Below are positions 1 to 8,842 of a stretch of 46,390 bases of DNA, in pieces. Made by a program: the position numbers and the translations under genes. How positions within the stretch are numbered: the stretch's first letter is position 1; each line of letters opens with the position of its first letter. Source of the DNA: Fidelibacterota bacterium (lineage in GTDB: Bacteria; Fidelibacterota; UBA8477; JABMPR01); assembly GCA_013202385.1 (NCBI GenBank), contig JABMOT010000171.1:1-46390 (forward strand). Direction: 5' to 3'. Below the pieces are notes generated by a model. That model did no database searches and was not told the DNA's origin. It was given only the letters and a program-made list of their open reading frames with translations.

Positions 1-49
1 ATATACTAGATCCTGAACCTAGCGCGTCTACCAATTCCGCCACCCGGGC
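1..49 (-). tRNA. tRNA-Leu (anticodon CAG), 3' part truncated by the window edge
   Basis: Minus strand reads GCCCGGGTGGCGGAATTGGTAGACGCGCTAGGTTCAGGATCTAGT: Leu-type D-arm (GGCGGAATTGGTAGACGC), anticodon stem CTAGG/TCTAG, loop TTCAGGA. Confidence 0.93.
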
Positions 50-67
50 ATATCAAAAAAGCGGGCT

Positions 68-96
68 AATGTAACCTGACCTCAATCCCCTGTCAA
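68..96 (-). promoter_or_regulatory. sigma70-type promoter of tRNA-Leu
   Basis: TTGACA (96-91), 17-nt spacer, TACATT (73-68), then a GC-rich discriminator (AGCCCGC) shortly before the tRNA 5' end. Confidence 0.8.
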
Positions 97-714
97 TCAT
101 GAAAAAACAAGAATAAACCCAAGATTAGTTATGAGTAGCAAGCCCAGATTAGCCAGGATTACCAGGGGCTGGGCTGCAAGCAACTTGAAGGTTAGAATCT
201 GCCAGGGTTGAGAAACTTCCTTTGATAATATTTTTAGACTGCTCAGAAAGACAAGGGTAGTATAGCCGTACGCAAAAGGAGCCAGTATAGGTGTCTGTCC
301 CCAAAACATATGAATCGAGTCAATTTGCCAGCTAATCAGGTGATACTGGGAGAAAAAAGCTTCCAAAAAGAACGCCAGAAACACCATTGTCATGAAAATG
401 AGTGGAAGATTATAATCCCAGGCTTTTGCTGTGAGATATTCAGAGTCCAGGAAATTATTACTCCACTGCCAGGCGACATAAGCAAGGTTTGTCCAGAATA
501 CCCAAAATATCAAGGGTACACTAAAGAAGACAAGGTGAAAAGCCCCATATTGGTATAAGCTAATTATTCCCGAAAAAGCGATTTCACGAATGATTCCCAT
601 GACCATTCCAGCTGTCCAAAAAAGAGCAACGAACTGCAGATTATACTGTCTGACAGCATGAATTATCAATACAACGGTTATAAGCAGTGTGATCAGTTCA
701 ATCGCCAGAATCAT
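97..714 (-). CDS. multi-pass membrane protein, DUF422/CruF (carotenoid hydratase)-like
   Basis: About 6 hydrophobic helices. REIAFSG..LYQYG....FSVPL..W..W..LAY resembles the E..G...Y.Y....VP...W pattern of DUF422. Confidence 0.55.
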   Translation of the reverse strand: MILAIELITLLITVVLIIHAVRQYNLQFVALFWTAGMVMGIIREIAFSGIISLYQYGAFHLVFFSVPLIFWVFWTNLAYVAWQWSNNFLDSEYLTAKAWDYNLPLIFMTMVFLAFFLEAFFSQYHLISWQIDSIHMFWGQTPILAPFAYGYTTLVFLSSLKILSKEVSQPWQILTFKLLAAQPLVILANLGLLLITNLGFILVFS

Positions 715-883
715 TTGCTTCGGCTTTTATTTTTTGATTGAGTGAAATGATGCCCCAAATAAAAATAGGGAGATTTGACCAGAGTAGGTCATAGCGCTGA
801 TTGACAATTTCAGAGATTATGGCCAGGGTTAAAAATAAATCGATGACACCGTAGGGCAGATATGCCAGAAGGAGTTTATTCAC
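698..883 (-). CDS. small hypothetical membrane protein (2 TM)
   Basis: 61-aa ORF with a GTG start and two hydrophobic segments; overlaps the next gene's start by 17 nt. Confidence 0.5.
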   Translation of the reverse strand: MNKLLLAYLPYGVIDLFLTLAIISEIVNQRYDLLWSNLPIFIWGIISLNQKIKAEANDSGD

Positions 884-907
884 AAGTTACACTGCCCCAG
901 GTTTGCT

Positions 908-947
908 TACACCCAAGGCGGTGATTCGAATCACCGCTTTGAGTGTA
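908..947. repeat. 40-bp imperfect palindrome/hairpin
   Basis: TACACCCAAGGCGGTGAT-TCGA-ATCACCGCTTTGAGTGTA. The core GCGGTGATTCGAATCACCGC is a perfect 20-bp palindrome; no clear U-tract. Confidence 0.75.
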
Positions 948-970
948 TTGAAATGTGGTAGATAATTGAC

Positions 971-2029
971 CTAGTCGTTCCATTCTGCTTTGAAAATGTG
1001 AGTTGCTCGTGGATTGTCAGCATCGCGATTTGAAGCAAATGCCATCGATTTGCCGTCGGGGCTAAACATGGGAAAACTGTCAAAATATGTGTTGTGTGTC
1101 AATCTGACCAGCCCTGAACCATCAACATTGATCATATATAGCTCAAAATTGTGTCCATAGGCATTTGCCGCTACATTCCAATCATCCATGTTTGATGAAA
1201 AAACGATTTGCTTGCCATTGGGGTGCCACGAAGGTGCCCAATTGGTGGCACCATTGTCAGTCAAGCGCTTCATGTTCTGGCCATCGGCATCCATACTGTA
1301 AATGTCTAATGGAACGGCTTCAACTTGATTCAGAGCCATATTTTCCTGCCAGCGGAGTGTATCCTCAGCAGTTTCAGGATACCAGGCACGCCAGACAATC
1401 TTCTGTGCATCTGGACTAAAGTAGGGACCTCCATCATAGCCAAGATGGTTGGTTAATCTCTTGACATCAGAACCATCGATATTCATGGTGAATAACTCAA
1501 GATCATCATCAATTTCAGACGTAAAAATGACCTGTCCCGTAAGATATGAGACGGTAGGTTCCGCATCATAACCTGTGTTTTCTCTGATTCGGACAAGGTC
1601 AGAACCATCTGGATTAGCTGAATAAATATCGTATGGAAAGAGTGGCCAGAGGTATTTATTACCCTGAGGTTTTGGTCTGGGTGGGCAGCTATCAACCACA
1701 CCGAAGGTTGAGGCAAATATTATTCTCTCCTTGTCGATGCTGAAATATGAGCAGGTGTGTGCGCCAACATCTGGACTCACTCGATGCTGATTGGATCCAT
1801 CTGCATTCATAACATAGATTTTATCGCAAGCATTGCCATCACGCTTGCTCTGGAAAATTATCTCCTCCCCTTTTGGTCCCCAATACGCTTCACCATTGTC
1901 ACCTTCAAAGGTCAATTGTTCCACATTTGAGAGTCCAAATGGTTTTTCAGCTATGATAACTTCCTGTTGTGTACTACAGGCAATAAACGCCATAATAAAC
2001 AGCATGGAAAGACTTAATCTAAGATTCAA
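971..2029 (-). CDS. TolB-like PD40-repeat beta-propeller lipoprotein
   Basis: Lipobox FIAC; repeated YD..P.FSPDG..I.F.S and 'MNADGS...RLT' motifs; AGGAG RBS. Confidence 0.85.
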   Translation of the reverse strand: MNLRLSLSMLFIMAFIACSTQQEVIIAEKPFGLSNVEQLTFEGDNGEAYWGPKGEEIIFQSKRDGNACDKIYVMNADGSNQHRVSPDVGAHTCSYFSIDKERIIFASTFGVVDSCPPRPKPQGNKYLWPLFPYDIYSANPDGSDLVRIRENTGYDAEPTVSYLTGQVIFTSEIDDDLELFTMNIDGSDVKRLTNHLGYDGGPYFSPDAQKIVWRAWYPETAEDTLRWQENMALNQVEAVPLDIYSMDADGQNMKRLTDNGATNWAPSWHPNGKQIVFSSNMDDWNVAANAYGHNFELYMINVDGSGLVRLTHNTYFDSFPMFSPDGKSMAFASNRDADNPRATHIFKAEWND

Positions 2030-2070
2030 TGTATACTCCTCATTTGTATTATTTTGCTAACTTGATGAAA

Positions 2071-3267
2071 CTAATTCCGTTCTAATTCAAGACGGTAAAC
2101 AAGAACAGCATTGTGTATATGAATTGCAAATAAATCTTTGCTAATCCTGGAAATTTTTGGGAGTGTATGTGTCCAGGTTCCAAATGAGCTACGATGCGCG
2201 ATCCTACCGGTTTTTGTCACTCCTTCGAGCTCAAAATTGCGGTATGCTTGTTCACCATCTTCAGTAAAATAGGGTTCATAACGTAAATAAAGAAAGAGAT
2301 CCCAGTCAGGCAAGTAAGTTGCATCACTTATGGTGCTCAGATCAATAGGATGATAGCTACTAATCAGTGTACCATCACCCAGATTGACAACATTCAAATC
2401 GTTTTCTGAAATCACAAAAGCGGCCTCTCGACCCAGGGGTCTAATTTCCCAGAATTTCCAGGGATAATGCCCCATGATTTTGTCGCGATTAAACAGAGTC
2501 AAAGTAGATTCATAACCGTCATCAATCTCCAGAAAATAATAATCTGTGCCGGGAAGTGACTGAAGACCCTTCAGTTTACCGGACAGCGTCACAAGATCTC
2601 CAAGTCGATTATTGCTATTCCACATTTGGAGTTCAAGCAATAAAGGTAAATCGCCTGCTTGAATATTACAGGATGAAGCTGTGACCATTTCATTTCTTGC
2701 CTTCAACTGAGCGGCCAGGATAAGAGGACTACATTCAGGTTGATTCTCAGAAAGTCCAGATTCAATAAACAACAATGTATCCTCATTTTTCATTTCAAGA
2801 ACCCAGGCATTGTTAGTTTCAGTTAACAAGATGCTCATGTCATTGGTCAGCGAGTAATGGAGGGGACCACCTGCAATATCGACGCCGTGAGTCACAGTGT
2901 ACTGGGGTCGTCCACTGGCAGCAAACACCTGAAATGAATACAAGCGTTCTGCATTTTCGATCTGCATGGATTCATGCTCTTGAAGAAGCATGTAAGCACT
3001 GTGATTTGAATTAATTTGAAAAAGATCACCCGCTGTTCTTGAAATTTCGCGAGTCTTAATCCCCAAACTATCATAATGAGTTATCAGATCTCTTCCGATG
3101 GTGAGGTAAATGGGAAAGCCAGCGTTATTTTCGCGGAAGATGATTTGCTCCATGGGCGTATCGAAGGTCCATTGAGTGTAGGGAATGATGCGCATAATAT
3201 CAGCCCTGATGACCCCCAGCATAGACAAAGTGGCAAAAACATAATTTATTATATTTGTTGGTATCAT
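2071..3267 (-). CDS. hypothetical exported protein, probably beta-propeller-like
   Basis: Start reassigned to ATG 3267 (MIPTNII...), which forms an ATGA overlap with the upstream stop and gives a signal-peptide-like N-terminus. Confidence 0.7.
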   Translation of the reverse strand: MIPTNIINYVFATLSMLGVIRADIMRIIPYTQWTFDTPMEQIIFRENNAGFPIYLTIGRDLITHYDSLGIKTREISRTAGDLFQINSNHSAYMLLQEHESMQIENAERLYSFQVFAASGRPQYTVTHGVDIAGGPLHYSLTNDMSILLTETNNAWVLEMKNEDTLLFIESGLSENQPECSPLILAAQLKARNEMVTASSCNIQAGDLPLLLELQMWNSNNRLGDLVTLSGKLKGLQSLPGTDYYFLEIDDGYESTLTLFNRDKIMGHYPWKFWEIRPLGREAAFVISENDLNVVNLGDGTLISSYHPIDLSTISDATYLPDWDLFLYLRYEPYFTEDGEQAYRNFELEGVTKTGRIAHRSSFGTWTHTLPKISRISKDLFAIHIHNAVLVYRLELERN

Positions 3268-5408
3268 TTCAATAAAAGCATCTTTTGGGTTGAACTCTGC
3301 CTGAGTTCCTGTCCAATGCGAGCAAAATAGGCACCACTTGGCAGCGCTGATCCAAATTGATCTGATCCATTCCAATTCCAGGAATAGGTACCAGCATTCT
3401 GATTCCCCAACGCCACAGTGATGACTTGGTGACCTAGAATATCAAAGACATAAAGCGTGGCAGTTCCTGATTCATCCAACTGATAATCGATGCGGGTTGA
3501 TCCATTAAATGGATTGGGATATATCCGTGATATTGAGAGTGTTGCAGGGTTTTGGATATCATCGATGTTTACAGTCCCATTAAAATATTGAAGAACTCTG
3601 CCCATGAGATTTGAGCGTGCCAGCTCCGTATCAATGGTTTCAAAAGCGAGACCCATGACGATCGTTCCTGACGATTCATTACGATAACTGATCGCTGCAT
3701 TTCTGGAATTACCATATTGAAGGGCTATCTCGCCCCCTGAATTTGGGGTAAAATAATCGGGCCAGTCTTCTTCGTAGGGTGTGGTGCCATAACTGAAATT
3801 TATTCCTGAGAAATATGGAGCTAAACCATTTACGGCGGGGCTATTCCCATCGTCTCCGGCATAATCAAGATGCAATGTCTGGTTAAGAAAAGCTCGATCC
3901 GCGGCTGATCCAGCGCTGAGATCATATCCAATTTCCGCACCTGAGGCGAAAAAGTAACCACCCGCTGTAAGATAGTTGGAAATAATATTTTGCTCAGCTG
4001 TGCTGAAAGTTTCCTCCGTCCGGCTATCATCCCCTACAAACCAGATCACAACATCATATGTGCTTAGATTTTGGGATTGGGTCACCCACTCATTGCTTGC
4101 GGTGCTTATGGAGACCGGGGAGCCGCTATTCACGATGGCCTCAGCGTAATAGGTAGCAAAATTGTGGCTTTTTGAAGTCCACGAGCCATTGGTGCGATCA
4201 AAACCATCAACGATGAGGACATTTCCTGCGGTGCTGTTCAGCCTCACTCCATAAGTATCCGATTGTTGGCTCCGATTTGGAATGGGAGCATCGTCAATCG
4301 CTACCAGTCTGAATTGACGGTATGCATTCACTGGGAATCCAGTCACAGTGACACTGGTCATGTCCGCCGTAATTAAATCAGTTCCCGGGTATGGCGTCCA
4401 ACTCCCACTGGTCGATGAAAATTCCAGAATATACCCAGCAAGGTCAGGGTCGTTGGGAGCTGTCCATTCAAGATGTAGATCACCATTATCATCCGGTCCC
4501 AAATATGTTATCACCGGCTGCCCTGGTGGCAGTATATCAATATCGCTGATTTGAATGGGCACAAAGGTTGTATCCCAATTGTCTTGTGTATCCGAACTCA
4601 TCACTGAAACGATATAAGGTCCTGGTGGGTAAAGATCACAATCGAGAAAGCCGTTATAGTTAAAATGGTTGGTAATAATGTATTTGTAAATGCTGGTGCT
4701 TGAACCCGGTGCATAGACCCAATTGATATTCGCATTAGAATATTGAACATTTGCTTCAAATTCGAAAAAGGGTCCCTGAAGAACTTCAGTGGTATCTGCA
4801 GTGTACAGTGCCCAGCCAATGGTGTAGATTCCATTATTCATGTCAATACTGGATAACAGATCTGTCGTGTCAGCGGCCTGCGCGATGATATCGACACGAC
4901 CACTTAAATTATTTGAGGGAAAGGCCACAAAGCTACCATCCGAGACAAATTGGATAATGGGTGATCTGGGATGGTAGGAATCAACAAAAGGAGTGATCTT
5001 ACCTGGAAGCAATGGATTTCCTGCAGGATGACCACTGGCGCCTCCGCCATAATTGAGATGAACATGGGCATAGCTATCGGTTTGTCCCACAACCCCACCC
5101 TGGGCGACACTATTACCTACATGAAGCGTTGCAAGGGGGATGACATGCACATAAGCAAAATCTTCAACCCGAATCCAGTCTGAGCCAATTTCCAAGACTA
5201 AACCAGCCTGGATGTTTAAAACGTTTTCACCGTGAGCAAGAGGCATGTCGGTTCCGTTGTGGAAATGATCCCGATCCTCGCGACACTCGTCAAATGTGGC
5301 TGAAATGCGATGTTGGGTATTCATAGGTGCCATGGGCCAGGAAAAATTGTTGATCTGTGCAAACAGGGAGAATGGCATGATTAAAATGAGAAAGTGTTTA
5401 GGGATCAT
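3264..5408 (-). CDS. secreted M23-family metallopeptidase with FN3, alpha/beta domain and T9SS type-A-like CTD
   Basis: Signal peptide; Zn motifs HNGTD (HxxxD) and HVH (HxH); FN3 (LEWTAP..DLAGY); C-terminal YPNPFN..YQL..FDILG..WNG..SGAYF..KMLLLK. Confidence 0.8.
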   Translation of the reverse strand: MIPKHFLILIMPFSLFAQINNFSWPMAPMNTQHRISATFDECREDRDHFHNGTDMPLAHGENVLNIQAGLVLEIGSDWIRVEDFAYVHVIPLATLHVGNSVAQGGVVGQTDSYAHVHLNYGGGASGHPAGNPLLPGKITPFVDSYHPRSPIIQFVSDGSFVAFPSNNLSGRVDIIAQAADTTDLLSSIDMNNGIYTIGWALYTADTTEVLQGPFFEFEANVQYSNANINWVYAPGSSTSIYKYIITNHFNYNGFLDCDLYPPGPYIVSVMSSDTQDNWDTTFVPIQISDIDILPPGQPVITYLGPDDNGDLHLEWTAPNDPDLAGYILEFSSTSGSWTPYPGTDLITADMTSVTVTGFPVNAYRQFRLVAIDDAPIPNRSQQSDTYGVRLNSTAGNVLIVDGFDRTNGSWTSKSHNFATYYAEAIVNSGSPVSISTASNEWVTQSQNLSTYDVVIWFVGDDSRTEETFSTAEQNIISNYLTAGGYFFASGAEIGYDLSAGSAADRAFLNQTLHLDYAGDDGNSPAVNGLAPYFSGINFSYGTTPYEEDWPDYFTPNSGGEIALQYGNSRNAAISYRNESSGTIVMGLAFETIDTELARSNLMGRVLQYFNGTVNIDDIQNPATLSISRIYPNPFNGSTRIDYQLDESGTATLYVFDILGHQVITVALGNQNAGTYSWNWNGSDQFGSALPSGAYFARIGQELRQSSTQKMLLLK

Positions 5409-6556
5409 TGCGCAATTTCAAGCCATTCGTAATTGCTACCCACATAAAAGCGATCCCCATCAGTGTGGATCTGGAATAACTTTGAGAAACGCGGATCAAT
5501 TTGAATATCTGTCACTTTGTTTGCTCGCGGAAAATATACCTGAGCAAAATGAGTATTTCGTTTGGCGAAAAAATCAACTGCAACCCTGATTAATGCAAGT
5601 TGACCTTGATTGTTCACGGTCAGTCCCAGGCAAACTTTATTTTCATGGTCAAAATTTATTTGTTCAACTCGTTTTTGCTTCAGATCAAAGAGCTGGATTT
5701 GTTCATGACTACTCAGCGCAGCTAAAAACGCCCCATTCTCCGACATAACTAACTCGTGGCCAAAGTTTTCATTGTTCCAGAGGACCAACCCATTTGAGCT
5801 AACTTCCACAATGATGGGTTGCATTTGTTGGTTTTTGGCGCTGTAATTATAACCACTAATAAAGAATCGATTGTTCTGGAAGACAAACTTTTGGAGATAT
5901 GAAAACGGCAGTGGCTGTGTGAGCTGTTCTCGGCCGTCTGCATTAATTCTGATGAATAACGAGTTTCCAGCTAGACCGCCATTGAAGCCTGGACGCTCCA
6001 GAAGGATATAACATTGCTCCCCCACCCATTGCATGAGAATGTTTCGCTCCAGGCTCATATCACCATCATCCTCGTACAGCTGGCCCTCAGCGATGAGTTT
6101 ACCTGCCTTATAAAAAGTTACAATGGCTTTCACCGGGTCAGCCAAGGCCAGCACTCCATGATCAGATATTGCAGCAACATAGGGCTTTAAATCAGCAGCA
6201 GTTCCACGATTTACGGTGTAAAGGAGCTGATCATGTTCGTCATGGACATAATAGTCCGAATAACGTTGACCCTCCTTGACCTCATCCAGACCCTGGAGAA
6301 GTGAAAACAAACGATACTCACCGTTTGGTGAGAGACTAATTTGTACATCCGAATTGTATGTGGACATGGATTTAATTGATTGATTATCAATGCGGTAGAC
6401 CGATTTAGCTGAGGTGTAATATTCCGGATATCCATGATATGAAATCCAGAATCTTGCTGCGTCTTTCAATTCAAGAATTTGATTCAGCTCCGCAGCCAGT
6501 ACCGATCCAACAATCAGGCTAGTCAGGAGCAGCATATTTCGAGAGTAGCGCTTCAT
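5405..6556 (-). CDS. hypothetical exported protein, beta-propeller-like
   Basis: Signal peptide (VLAA); WD/PD40-like turns (SLSPNGEY, MSENGAFLA); ATGA overlap with the M23 gene. Confidence 0.72.
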   Translation of the reverse strand: MKRYSRNMLLLTSLIVGSVLAAELNQILELKDAARFWISYHGYPEYYTSAKSVYRIDNQSIKSMSTYNSDVQISLSPNGEYRLFSLLQGLDEVKEGQRYSDYYVHDEHDQLLYTVNRGTAADLKPYVAAISDHGVLALADPVKAIVTFYKAGKLIAEGQLYEDDGDMSLERNILMQWVGEQCYILLERPGFNGGLAGNSLFIRINADGREQLTQPLPFSYLQKFVFQNNRFFISGYNYSAKNQQMQPIIVEVSSNGLVLWNNENFGHELVMSENGAFLAALSSHEQIQLFDLKQKRVEQINFDHENKVCLGLTVNNQGQLALIRVAVDFFAKRNTHFAQVYFPRANKVTDIQIDPRFSKLFQIHTDGDRFYVGSNYEWLEIAQ

Positions 6557-7059
6557 TTTTTTTCCTTTTTCAGGCTCATTGACTCAAACACGAATATGCT
6601 GAAATTAACCATAATTCCAACCCTAAATTAAGCCTGCAAATAATGGCCATAGACGGCATAATTCAGGATAATTATTCAAGCCTGCTTTATGGCTTGGACC
6701 TGAATTTCGCCTGCTTCAATATAGCACAAATATATCTGCTCATTAGTTTGAAACAAATAATGACTCAAACGAGCCATTTTCTGCAAATACAGTAAGAAAG
6801 GTCAGAATTGCATATTTAAAGAAAATTGATTCACCCTATTTAGCCAACCATAACCAGCATGGGAGCACTTTTTAACAACTATGAGACCGTTAACCAGATC
6901 CAAGTTTTCTCCGATGCCTCAGGTGACACCAACCTCAGATTGTTCCATTCCAATTCATAGTAGCCCTGATGGGAAAATATCATTCTTTGAATTCCCAACC
7001 AGGCACCATAATTCACGTAATCAACAGGCTCTTGAAGCCCAAATCGACCCTACATTTTT

Positions 7060-7092
7060 AAAAATAAAAGAGGCTGTCCGAAGACAGCCTCT
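7060..7092 (-). terminator. Rho-independent terminator of cassette-1 operon
   Basis: Minus strand AGAGGCTGTC-TTCG-GACAGCCTCT followed by TTTATTTTT; cUUCGg tetraloop, about 27 nt after the stop at 7119. Confidence 0.85.
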
Positions 7093-7118
7093 CATTATTA
7101 AATCACAAGTGTGTTGTT

Positions 7119-8804
7119 TTACTTCAGCAGAACCATTCTCTTTGATTCAGTGAAGGAAGTGGTTTTCAAGGTATAAATGTACATACCAGATGCCACCTGC
7201 ACACCATTGTTGTCCAAACCACCCCATGTAAGATCATAGGATCCTGCACTCATTGAGCGATTCACCAAAGTAGCAACTTCTTTACCTGTCATGTCGTAAA
7301 CGGACATGTTTACCCGCTCATTATTCGGGAGGTTAAAGGTAATAGTTGTGCTTGGGTTAAAGGGATTAGGATAATTCTGCATGAGCTTGTAGTCCTTGGC
7401 AATCTGTACATCCAACTCTTTGATGGACACACTATGATTGGGAGAATCCAAAATTATCACAGGTGCTGAAACATTTGTGGTGGGGAATGCCAGTGAATAT
7501 GGGACGGATGAACTTGAGGTGTAAAGCACTTCAAGACCATCATCCTCATCCATATTGGCAATATTGATTAGACTCCAGATACCACCGCTGGCCATGTCTT
7601 CAACCGCATAGACTGAGTCAATGATCGTTGTTTCCCAGTTTTCGGGGGCTGTAATCTCACCACCTAAATAGGAACAGCGGATAATGATGCTGTTAGGTGT
7701 TGATGCGCGGCTACCATATACAAAGTCAATATAGCCATCGTTATCGATATCGCCCATGGCACCACCCCAGGGACCTCTGGATCCGCTTGGCCAGTACTCT
7801 GCCAAGTTGGCAACCTGCGTGGCCATGAGCGTATCACCCATTTCTTCCATGACATAAACACCTTTCATGGAATCATCACCCCAATCATAAATGGCACCTA
7901 CGATTTCGGTTGTACCGTCTTCATCAACATCAACGCCCATTGCAGACTGGACGCAGGATCCGCCAGCTAAAGGTGAAAGACCAGCATATTCATAGGCTGA
8001 TCCTGTCCAACTGATCTTGGTGATCTCTGTTTCTGAGAAGAAATAGGCGTTAGAGCCGACAACTGCAACATCCCATTTATTTTCCACACTCGAAGTAAGA
8101 CCAAAGTCATGACCTTCGCTCTCAAGTGTCCAGGTTTCTGAACCATCACCATTATCAGGGATATCGTCAACGGAACAAATTCCAAAATAATAGCCGCTGT
8201 TATTCCCAGCACGGTCAGCGAAGATAATCTCATCCACACCATCGCCATCAAAATCGAGTACTTCCATATCGATGGGTCGAATATTTTCGCCGTCAGCGCT
8301 GGCAATGCTCCAAGTTGAATTCGGATCATAGGCTCCAGCGTTTTCTACGCCAAAATTATCGCCACCAGCATGTTCATACACAACGATACGGGGAGGATTT
8401 GAGAAAGTTCCGGTGTTGTTAACAATGCCCCAGACCAATTCCTGTTTGCCATCAGCATCAAGGTCGGCCAGCACTAATGTGGGCCAGGTATTCTGCATAT
8501 CTACCAATGTGGCTGGTGGAATAGCACTCCAAACCATGTCCCAATCACCATTTGTGGCTTTTTCATATTTGTAGATACGGGGCACGAGTTCACCGGGGCC
8601 GTCATTCCAGTTGTCATTGACCATGTAGATCTCAATAAGACCGTCCTCATCAACATCCACTCCAGCAATGAAGTTTCCTATTCCACCATTATTGGTTACC
8701 TGGCTATCGTCGATCTCCACGAAATCAATTCTGGGGAACAAATCTGCCTGCACTTGGGCTATTAGGAATAGTCCAAATAACAGGATACGAGTAACTTTCT
8801 TCAT
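7119..8804 (-). CDS. secreted FG-GAP/VCBS-type Ca-binding repeat protein with T9SS type-A-like CTD
   Basis: Signal peptide (VQA); repeats DVDEDG, DLDADG, DFDGDG, DVDEDG, DIDNDG; CTD LMQNYPNPFNPSTTI...SGMYIYTL...KRMVLLK. Confidence 0.82.
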   Translation of the reverse strand: MKKVTRILLFGLFLIAQVQADLFPRIDFVEIDDSQVTNNGGIGNFIAGVDVDEDGLIEIYMVNDNWNDGPGELVPRIYKYEKATNGDWDMVWSAIPPATLVDMQNTWPTLVLADLDADGKQELVWGIVNNTGTFSNPPRIVVYEHAGGDNFGVENAGAYDPNSTWSIASADGENIRPIDMEVLDFDGDGVDEIIFADRAGNNSGYYFGICSVDDIPDNGDGSETWTLESEGHDFGLTSSVENKWDVAVVGSNAYFFSETEITKISWTGSAYEYAGLSPLAGGSCVQSAMGVDVDEDGTTEIVGAIYDWGDDSMKGVYVMEEMGDTLMATQVANLAEYWPSGSRGPWGGAMGDIDNDGYIDFVYGSRASTPNSIIIRCSYLGGEITAPENWETTIIDSVYAVEDMASGGIWSLINIANMDEDDGLEVLYTSSSSVPYSLAFPTTNVSAPVIILDSPNHSVSIKELDVQIAKDYKLMQNYPNPFNPSTTITFNLPNNERVNMSVYDMTGKEVATLVNRSMSAGSYDLTWGGLDNNGVQVASGMYIYTLKTTSFTESKRMVLLK

Positions 8805-8842
8805 TTTGCTTCCTTTCAGTTTGGTTATTAATAAAACTCTTT

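Noticed and set aside
3268-3375. N-terminal extension of the 434-aa ORF
   Set aside because: It overlaps the CTD of the M23 gene; ATG 3267 gives an ATGA coupling and a signal-like N-terminus.
6881-7153. 90-aa plus-strand ORF
   Set aside because: It runs through the terminator hairpin into the opposite gene and has no RBS or recognisable motifs.
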